This document shows, one piece after another, positions 48,848 through 56,427 of a stretch of 64,000 nucleotides of DNA. The notes under the pieces were generated by a model, which was not told the DNA's origin, ran no database searches, and worked only from the letters and a program-made list of their open reading frames with translations. The stretch's first letter is position 1. Each line of letters opens with the position of its first letter. Both the position numbers and the translations under genes were made by a program. Source of the DNA: an uncultured bacterium (GTDB lineage: Bacteria; Krumholzibacteriota; Krumholzibacteriia; LZORAL124-64-63); the NCBI GenBank assembly GCA_963727525.1, contig CAVSGO010000005.1:1-64000 (forward strand), read 5' to 3'.

Positions 48848-51307
48848 CTACGCGCTCCGCGCCCCGATGCCGTGCTTGTCCAGCCGCCGGTACAGCGCCG
48901 CCCGCGAGATCCCCAGCCGCCGCGCCGCCTCCGCCCGATTGCCTCCCGCTTCCTCCAGCGCCAGCAGCAACCGCGCCCGCGACAGCTCCGCGACCTCCCC
49001 CGCGCCCGACGATCCCGCCGCCGCTTTCGCCTGACGACCCGGACCCGCCAGCACCAACGCGTCGCGACCGCTGCCCAGTTCCACGTCCACCACGCCCAGC
49101 ACCTTCTGGCTGATCGCCGCCCGACGCGCGATCAACGCCACCTCGCGCGCATTCCCTGCCCACGGGTAACGCTGCAGCAGGCCCAGGCTCTGCGTGCTGA
49201 AGTAATCCGTCGCCGCCACCTTCCGCCCCACAGCCTCGCTCAGAAAGTGCTCCAGCAGCGGCAACACGTCCTCGGGCCGCTTCCGCAACGGCGCCAGGTG
49301 GATCTCCAGGATCCGTAACCTGTAGAAAAGGTCTTCCCGGAACTTCCCCTGAGCCACCGCCTCCTCGAGATCCAGGTTCGTCGCCGCGATCACCCGCAGA
49401 TCCGCATACCGCGTGTCCGGATCCCCGAGCACGTTGTAAGATCCGTCCTGCAGCAACCGCAGCAGCTTCGCCTGCACCTCCGACGGCATGTCCCCGACCT
49501 CGTCCAGGAACAGCGTCCCCCCATCTGCCTCCGCCGCGTAGCCCGTCCGGTCCATCTCCGCCCCGCTGAACGCACCCCGCACGTGGCCGAAGAACTCACG
49601 CTCGAACATCGTCGTCGGCACCGCCGTCATGTTCACCGCCACGAACGGCTTCCCCTGCCGCGGACTCAGCTCATGCAAGCGCCGCGCGATCACTTCCTTG
49701 CCCGTCCCCGTCTCCCCGATCACCAGCACCGGCTCGTCGTACGGAGCAAACGCCTCGACTGCCTGCAGCACCTCCTGCATCGAACGCGACTGCGCCACGA
49801 TCACGTCCCGCGCCTCGTAGCGATCGTCCTTGCTCTGCACGCGCCGCACCGCGTAACGCGTCTCCTCCATCCGCCGCTTCGCGATCCGCGACTGCATCCG
49901 CTGCACCGATGACGACCACGACGCGATCCCCACCTCACGGCTCAGCGCCTGCGCCGCCACACCATGCTCCCAGGCCGCATCCAGCAGATCCCGCGGCGCC
50001 ACCTCCTCCTTGACGTCGCTACTGCGCGCGATCAACGCCTGACCCGCCACCAACCGCGCCGACAGATGCTCCAGCCGCGCCTCGATCGCCCCCAGCAGAT
50101 CGCACGCCTCCTCCGCGTAACGCTGCGCGTTGCGCACATCGCCGATCGCCTGCATCGCCTGCGCCAGGCAACGCAGCGTCACCCCTTCCTCGTAACGATC
50201 CCCCAGCCGCGCCGCATGCTTGCGCGCCTCGTTCAGCACCGGCAACGCCGCCGCCACCTTGCCCTCCAGCGTCAGACACTCGCCCTCCCGACGCCGCAAC
50301 TCCATCACCAGGTCACCCCTGGGCGCGATCTCCTGCGCGATCGCCATCCCGCGCGCGTAGTAACGCCGCGCCTCCTCCGGCTTGCCCTCATCGCGATAGA
50401 CGTCGCCAAGGAATTCGAGCGCCAGACACTCCTCGCGCGGCACCTTCAACTCCGCCGCCAGCGTGTAGGCCTGAGTCAGATGTTTGCGGGCGGTGGTGTG
50501 GTCTTCCAGGAGGCGGTGGACGTTGCCCAGGGCGATGTGGGTGCGGGTGAGGTTGAGGCGGTTCTCCACCGCCGCGAAGAGGCGGGTGGCTTCCTCGAGA
50601 TGAGGCACCGCCACCACCGCGCCGCCCGACTTGTAACAGGCGATGCCGAGGTTGAGGGAGTTGAGGCCCGCGGCGAGGCGTGCGCCGATCTCGATGTTCA
50701 CCGCATGGGCCGCGGTGAACCACCGTCGGCTCTCGTCATACCGCCCCTCGACCACGGCGAGGACCCCCAGGAGATTCGCGAACTCCGCGACCTGCGGCTT
50801 CTGCGCCCGCAGGCGCGCGATCTGGTAGCCGGCTTCCGCGTCGCTCACCGCGTCGCGATAACGGCTCCGGAGAAAGCGGATGTTGGCGCGCAGGAAGAGC
50901 AGGCGATCCAGGTCCCGATGCCAGTCGCGGATGGCCACCTCGACGTCGTGCGCGACTGACGCCTCCACCTCGCTGTACTGGCCCCGGCACACCTTCAGCC
51001 ACGAGCCCAGGAGATGGATCTCGAAGCGATCGTCGGCGTCGACGACATGGCCAGCGAGCCATCCCACGAGGTCCGTCGCTTCGTCGTAGCGCCCGGTCTT
51101 CTGCCAGACCCAGCCCTGGAGCAGCCAGCAATCGACCACGGTCGGCCCGCTGCGGGCGTACACGACGAGTTCCTGTCCCACCAGATCGGCGAGGGCATCC
51201 GCACAACGCGCATAGTTCTCGCGCACGAAGTGGTCCTGGGCCGCGCGGAATCGCGGCCCATCGACGCGTGCTAAGAGACGTGCGGCATTGCGAGGCGCAG
51301 GACTCAT
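48848..51307 (-). CDS. Sigma54-dependent enhancer-binding protein with long N-terminal TPR region and Fis-type HTH
   Basis: GETGTGKE, GAFSGA, TLFLDEVG, IAATN, FREDLFYRL, GNRAEAARRLGISR; TPR helices in the first ~480 aa. Confidence 0.93.
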   Translation of the reverse strand: MSPAPRNAARLLARVDGPRFRAAQDHFVRENYARCADALADLVGQELVVYARSGPTVVDCWLLQGWVWQKTGRYDEATDLVGWLAGHVVDADDRFEIHLLGSWLKVCRGQYSEVEASVAHDVEVAIRDWHRDLDRLLFLRANIRFLRSRYRDAVSDAEAGYQIARLRAQKPQVAEFANLLGVLAVVEGRYDESRRWFTAAHAVNIEIGARLAAGLNSLNLGIACYKSGGAVVAVPHLEEATRLFAAVENRLNLTRTHIALGNVHRLLEDHTTARKHLTQAYTLAAELKVPREECLALEFLGDVYRDEGKPEEARRYYARGMAIAQEIAPRGDLVMELRRREGECLTLEGKVAAALPVLNEARKHAARLGDRYEEGVTLRCLAQAMQAIGDVRNAQRYAEEACDLLGAIEARLEHLSARLVAGQALIARSSDVKEEVAPRDLLDAAWEHGVAAQALSREVGIASWSSSVQRMQSRIAKRRMEETRYAVRRVQSKDDRYEARDVIVAQSRSMQEVLQAVEAFAPYDEPVLVIGETGTGKEVIARRLHELSPRQGKPFVAVNMTAVPTTMFEREFFGHVRGAFSGAEMDRTGYAAEADGGTLFLDEVGDMPSEVQAKLLRLLQDGSYNVLGDPDTRYADLRVIAATNLDLEEAVAQGKFREDLFYRLRILEIHLAPLRKRPEDVLPLLEHFLSEAVGRKVAATDYFSTQSLGLLQRYPWAGNAREVALIARRAAISQKVLGVVDVELGSGRDALVLAGPGRQAKAAAGSSGAGEVAELSRARLLLALEEAGGNRAEAARRLGISRAALYRRLDKHGIGARSA

Positions 51308-51633
51308 GAGTCGTGATGCCCCGGGCTGTGTTCACGGTCCAGCGTCTTGGGTGTCGGCACACCGTCGGGCAGATCGAGCGACCACCAGGTCGTCGGACTC
51401 CACGGACCGAGCCATGGCAGCCAGATCATGATGCGCGGAAGCCGTTCGTTCTCACCCTCGGGATCGCCCGACCCGGCGGTGTCGCGCGCGATGCCGAATC
51501 CACCGAGCGGATCGCCGGGGATTGGCCGGTTGACCGACTGTTCCGCCTGGAAAGGACGCGCCACCCCGGGCCGCGGTGCGACGAGAAGAAGAACGACAAG
51601 CAGGCAAAGGCCGAAGCCTACGCGGATCTTCAT
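51304..51633 (-). CDS. Small secreted protein (109 aa) coupled to the TPR activator
   Basis: GAGGAG RBS; basic/hydrophobic signal peptide; ATGA stop/start overlap with the activator at 51304-51307. Confidence 0.65.
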   Translation of the reverse strand: MKIRVGFGLCLLVVLLLVAPRPGVARPFQAEQSVNRPIPGDPLGGFGIARDTAGSGDPEGENERLPRIMIWLPWLGPWSPTTWWSLDLPDGVPTPKTLDREHSPGHHDS

Positions 51634-51772
51634 GGGAGGCTCCTCGTTTGACGAGGTGGGTGCGATCCCCGTGTGGCATGAAGGTACGGAGTCGCGGCGG
51701 CGGAGAAAACCCCTGAATTGCGGATTCGGGCCAGCAGAAGCACATAATGGCGGGCAACAAGCCTCGATTCGG

Positions 51773-53116
51773 TCAGGGGGCGCCGCGACCCGTCGTCACG
51801 ACGCGCGCCAGGCGCTGCAAGGTGGCGCCGAGTGCGGTGTTGTCGAGGTACGCGCCACGCACGGGATCGTGGCCGGTGGCGAGTGTCACGAATTCGGCAC
51901 TGCAGAGCCCCTGTGCGAGGAAAGGGACGAGCTGGTTGGTGTGCTCACCCGTGTGCAGGACGAGGGCGGGCATGCAGCCGACGCCGCAACCCGTCACGGG
52001 TGGCCAGTCGGCCGGCCCACCTGTCGGTTCGCCGGTGAGGCGGCCCGTCTCGTGGTCGGCCGTCACGATGAGCAGGGTCTCGTCCCAGCCGCCGTGGGTC
52101 GCGATCCAGGCCGTGACGGCGTGCACGGCATCGAGGAAGTCGACGACCTCCTCGACGAGACGGCCGGGCCTGCCGTCGTGGCTGGCCCAGTCGGCGGCGC
52201 CGCCCTCGATCATGACGAAGAAGCCGTCGGGGTCGGCGTCGAGGACGTTGAGCGCGGCCAGGGAGATCTCGGCGAGGGTCGGCACATCGTCGTTGCGTGC
52301 CACCGCGAAGGCCGCGGCCTGTCGATCGCCGTCGCGCTGCGCCTGCAGCGTCTCGTGCACCCTCGGAACGCCGAGCAAGCGGGCCGGCGCCGGGCCGGAC
52401 GCGAGGGCCTGGAACTGCGCGCGCGTCTCGACCACGGTCCAGGGATCGGGCGTCCCGTCGCCGTCGGCATCGGCGCCGGCACCGGCGAGCACGGCGCGCC
52501 AGGTGTCCTCGCCGCCGACGTAGCGCCAGCCGGGACGCGTGCGCCTGCGCCCGCTGTCGTCGTACCAGGGGTGGCCAGCGCCGATGATCACGTCGACGGC
52601 GCTGTCCAGGAGCATCGCCCGCGCGATACCCTCGTAGTCGTTCCGGTCCGGGTCGGCGACACAGACGCCCGCCGGTGTGGCATGCGCGAACGGGACGGTC
52701 GTCACCACGCCCATGGCCTTGCCTGCGGCAGCCATGGCTGCGGCCAGGGTCGTCAGGGGCGCGCCGTCCGGCCCGACGGCGAGTCGACCGTTGCGGGTCT
52801 TCACGCCGGTGGTCATGGCCGTGATCGCCGCGGCCGAATCGGTGACGTGGTGATCGACCCGGTCGGCATCGGCCCAGGCTGCCACGGGATCGTAGCCGCC
52901 GCCGGCCGGATACGTGCTCATCGCCAGCCGCACGGCGAGCGAGTCGAGGATATCGCGGCCCGCGGCGCCGTCGCGATAGGCCTCGCCCGCCGCGATGTGG
53001 TTGAATCCGCAGCCGTCGCCGATCATGAGGATGACATTGTGCGGCGTGGCCGCGGACGCGGCCACGGGCGTCGCCAGCAGGAGCGACACGAGCAGGACGA
53101 GCGGCAAGCGCGACAC
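51773..53116 (-). CDS. Alkaline phosphatase (PhoA family)
   Basis: NVILMIGDG; VTDSAA; HATPA; IEGG..D.ASH; TADHETG; H.N. Confidence 0.92.
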   Translation of the reverse strand: MSRLPLVLLVSLLLATPVAASAATPHNVILMIGDGCGFNHIAAGEAYRDGAAGRDILDSLAVRLAMSTYPAGGGYDPVAAWADADRVDHHVTDSAAAITAMTTGVKTRNGRLAVGPDGAPLTTLAAAMAAAGKAMGVVTTVPFAHATPAGVCVADPDRNDYEGIARAMLLDSAVDVIIGAGHPWYDDSGRRRTRPGWRYVGGEDTWRAVLAGAGADADGDGTPDPWTVVETRAQFQALASGPAPARLLGVPRVHETLQAQRDGDRQAAAFAVARNDDVPTLAEISLAALNVLDADPDGFFVMIEGGAADWASHDGRPGRLVEEVVDFLDAVHAVTAWIATHGGWDETLLIVTADHETGRLTGEPTGGPADWPPVTGCGVGCMPALVLHTGEHTNQLVPFLAQGLCSAEFVTLATGHDPVRGAYLDNTALGATLQRLARVVTTGRGAP

Positions 53117-53253
53117 GGTGACCTCCCCCGCCTGGTGAGCGCACGCGAACGTGTCCAGTATATCGTCATCACGTCAGGGTCGTGTCAAATCCCACGGCGA
53201 GTGATGGCCGGTGCCCCGCCCGCAAGCGAGGCACCGGCCGGCGGCTCGCGCCG

Positions 53254-56223
53254 TCAGCGCACGAGCGTGAGTGTCTTCACGCTCGACTGCGCCCCGGCGT
53301 GCAGGCGGGCGAAGTAGGTCCCCGAGGCCACGGTGCGGCCCATGGCATCGTGGCCGTCCCAGCGTACCTCGTTCAGGCCGGCGGGACGAGGACCGTCGAC
53401 GAGCGTACGCACGAGCCGTCCCTGCACGTCGTACAGGCTGAGCTGCGCGGGTTGCGCCGACGGCAGATTGAAACGCACCACCGTCGTCGGGTTGAACGGA
53501 TTTGGCACGGCGCCGATGAGAGTGAACGGACCCGGCGCGTCCGGCGTCGCCGTGGCGTTGCCGGAGTCAACGGTCAGCTCCACCGTCACCGTCATCGATG
53601 GTGTGGTCGGATCGTTGCTCGTGATCTGCACCGGCGCCGTGTACACACCGTCGCGGAGATTCGAACCGTCGACCTGGCAGGCGAGCGTACCGTAGGTCCA
53701 CGAGTTGACCGTTCCCGACAACGGCGTGATCTGCAACCACGACGTCGACTCGCTCGCGGACCACGAAAGGTCCGCGCCACCCATGTCGAAGAGGTAGAGC
53801 GGCACCGTGGCCATCGGCAGGCCGCTCGTGACCGTCACCGCGACCGGCTGCGGGGCGGCCACCAGCAGCGGCGTAGTGGAGCCACCGCCGGGGAAGACGA
53901 TGTCGTCGAGCCACGCGCAGTCGTCGCCGGACGACTGCGCGGTGGTCTTCAGGTAGCGCCAGCGGAACGTGTGGGTTCCCGACGTGACGGTCCGCGTGTA
54001 CTGGATCCAGTCCACCTCGCCCGACCATTCGCCTACCACGGCCGAGCCGTCGAAGAACTGCAGCACGTCGATGCCGCTCTGGGACGAGACCTTGAGCCAG
54101 AACGTGATATCGCCGCCGTCCCCGCAATCCACGACGGTCTGGATCTGCGAGTAGCCGGTGCCGGAAACCGCGCCCGAGTGCGCGGCTTCAGTGCCGGAGT
54201 GCACGACGTCCGACTGCACGTACCAGGGCGGGGACCCCACCTGCTGCCAGGCGAGTCCGGTGAAGTCGCCGGTCTCGAAGCTGTCGCCGGTGAGCGAGTC
54301 GAGGCGAAGATCGAGGTCGAGATCACCGAGGAACGGCACCGTCTGCGTGAGCACGCCCTGGGCTCCGGCGGCCACCTGCAGCGTGAAGTCGCCGCTCGCG
54401 GGCAAGGTGAGGCTGTACTGGCCGGACGCATTCGAGGTCACGGCTGCGATGGGGGCGTCGAGCACGGTGATCAAGGCCCCGGCAGCAGGCGTGGATCCGT
54501 CGGGCAGCAGGACCGTGCCGCTGAGCGTCGCGGATCCGACCGCGTCCATCGCCACATTCACGGTCACGGTGTCGCCGTCGGGCACATCGACGGAGGTCGC
54601 CAGGTCGCCGTAGCCGAAGTCCGAGACGCGCAGCATCGTGGTCCCGGCGGGCGCGAGGACGCTGTACGCGCCGGTGGCGTCGGTGGCGTCGGTCTGGACG
54701 CTGCCGTCGACCGACACGTGCGCGCCCTCGAGAGGCAGGCCCGTGGCCTGGTCGGTGACCACGCCGCTGATGGTGCCGATACCGCCCATCACGGCCGTCA
54801 CGGCCGCGTAGGCATCGATGAAGCCGTGGCCGTACGTATTGTCGTCACCGCCGGCGCCGAGGTCGTGGGCCGTGTCCATCAGCACCTGCTTGATGGTGAT
54901 GCCGTCGAGATTCGGGTTGGCCGAGCGCATCAGGGCCACGACGCCCGCCACGTGCGGGCAAGCCATCGAGGTGCCGTCGTAATACGTGTAGCCGCCACCG
55001 GGGATGGAGCTGTAGATGCCCACGCCGGGCGCGCTCACCTCCGGCTTGATGCGATTCTCCACCGGGCCGCAGTTCGGGCCGGCCGGGCCGCGGCTCGAGA
55101 AGTCGGCGATCGTGTACGGCGGCTGCGGGTTCGTGGCCCCCACGCTGAAACAATTGTAGATGGTGGTGGCGCGGTCGGCGGGGGAGCGCAGGGTCGAGGC
55201 CGTCGGCCCCTCGTTGCCGGCGGCGAACACGATCACGGGACCGGCCGCCTCGCAGGCATCCATCACGTTCCACCAGCGAGAGTCGCAGTCGGGGTAGCCG
55301 AAGCCCTCGTGCACGCCCCACGAGTTCTGCACGACGTCAGGCACGTCGTCCATCGTGTTCGGGTCGCCGTCGGGATCGGTGAACCACTCGAAGCAGGCGA
55401 TGATGTCGGCGTCGAAGCCGCCGCCCACACCCTGGGCGATGGGATTGGCGGCGATCCACTCGGCGCCCGGCGCCACGCCGATCGTGTCGTCGGGCGCGAG
55501 GCCGCACATCGTGCCCATGGTGTGGGTGCCGTGGGAGTTGTCGTCGGAGGGGAAGGTGGACGGCGAGCCGACCACGTCGAGCCAGCATTCCTGCCACGGG
55601 GCATGCAAACCGCGCCAGCGGCTGGCCAGCGCGGGATGGTTGCCGTCGCAGCCCGTGTCGAGGCCGCCGATCAGGGCGCCCTCGCCGCGGATGCCCAGCT
55701 CGTCCCACACGCGGCGCGCGCCCACGTTCACCACGCCCGGCGTGATGCCGATGCTGGTGGTGGCGGCGTCGTAGCGGGCGACCGGTTCGATCAGTTCCGG
55801 TACGAGGTTCGGCTCGACGATGTCGACGTCGTCGCGCAGGGCCAGCTCGCGGATGATGGCCGGGCTGGCGGTGACGAGCACGCCGTTGACGATCCAGTGT
55901 GGCCGGAAGGCTTCGATCTGTCCGCTCGCCTCGCGAGCGGTGAGGTCGGCGATGAAGGGCGCCTGCGCGGTCTTCGCGGCGTCCTGCAGGGTCTCGATCA
56001 CGATGGCGTGGCGTGCGGCGAGCGGCGCCTTTTGCGCGTGCAGACTGAGGTCGAGAGCCTGGACGTCGACGCTCCCCCGCATCACGAAGAGGACGGTGAG
56101 CGGCGTGTCATCGGTCTTGGCGGCCAGGACGTTCTCCAGGCGCGCCGAAAGCTCGCCGGCCTGGACGGCACCGGTGCCGAGCACCACGAGCAGACTGGTG
56201 AGCAGGGCGTTCTTCATGCGCAT
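53254..56223 (-). CDS. Secreted S8 peptidase (bacillopeptidase F-like) with PNPFNP CTD
   Basis: LDTG, HGTHTMG, AAGNEG, GTSMACPHVAG; VPNPFNP CTD. Confidence 0.93.
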   Translation of the reverse strand: MRMKNALLTSLLVVLGTGAVQAGELSARLENVLAAKTDDTPLTVLFVMRGSVDVQALDLSLHAQKAPLAARHAIVIETLQDAAKTAQAPFIADLTAREASGQIEAFRPHWIVNGVLVTASPAIIRELALRDDVDIVEPNLVPELIEPVARYDAATTSIGITPGVVNVGARRVWDELGIRGEGALIGGLDTGCDGNHPALASRWRGLHAPWQECWLDVVGSPSTFPSDDNSHGTHTMGTMCGLAPDDTIGVAPGAEWIAANPIAQGVGGGFDADIIACFEWFTDPDGDPNTMDDVPDVVQNSWGVHEGFGYPDCDSRWWNVMDACEAAGPVIVFAAGNEGPTASTLRSPADRATTIYNCFSVGATNPQPPYTIADFSSRGPAGPNCGPVENRIKPEVSAPGVGIYSSIPGGGYTYYDGTSMACPHVAGVVALMRSANPNLDGITIKQVLMDTAHDLGAGGDDNTYGHGFIDAYAAVTAVMGGIGTISGVVTDQATGLPLEGAHVSVDGSVQTDATDATGAYSVLAPAGTTMLRVSDFGYGDLATSVDVPDGDTVTVNVAMDAVGSATLSGTVLLPDGSTPAAGALITVLDAPIAAVTSNASGQYSLTLPASGDFTLQVAAGAQGVLTQTVPFLGDLDLDLRLDSLTGDSFETGDFTGLAWQQVGSPPWYVQSDVVHSGTEAAHSGAVSGTGYSQIQTVVDCGDGGDITFWLKVSSQSGIDVLQFFDGSAVVGEWSGEVDWIQYTRTVTSGTHTFRWRYLKTTAQSSGDDCAWLDDIVFPGGGSTTPLLVAAPQPVAVTVTSGLPMATVPLYLFDMGGADLSWSASESTSWLQITPLSGTVNSWTYGTLACQVDGSNLRDGVYTAPVQITSNDPTTPSMTVTVELTVDSGNATATPDAPGPFTLIGAVPNPFNPTTVVRFNLPSAQPAQLSLYDVQGRLVRTLVDGPRPAGLNEVRWDGHDAMGRTVASGTYFARLHAGAQSSVKTLTLVR

Positions 56224-56427
56224 GGGGCATTCCTTGCGTTGGAGGAATGGGCAAGGGGTGACGCTGTCTCGTGGACCGGCCCGGCTGCCGGGTTCGCGAA
56301 AACAGGAGCAGAATAATAGGGTCTCGTCACGATTCTGTCACGGGGCGCCCCGCAATGGGTCCCAAAGACGCCACCGGCGCCTCCCGCAGGAAGGCGCCGG
56401 TAGCATCGCGAACCTCGCGGGCGCGGG

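Noticed and set aside
51717-51733. Sigma54 promoter upstream of the small secreted peptide gene (TGGCCCGAATCCGCA, minus strand)
   Set aside because: GG-to-GC spacing is 9 nt rather than the required 10.
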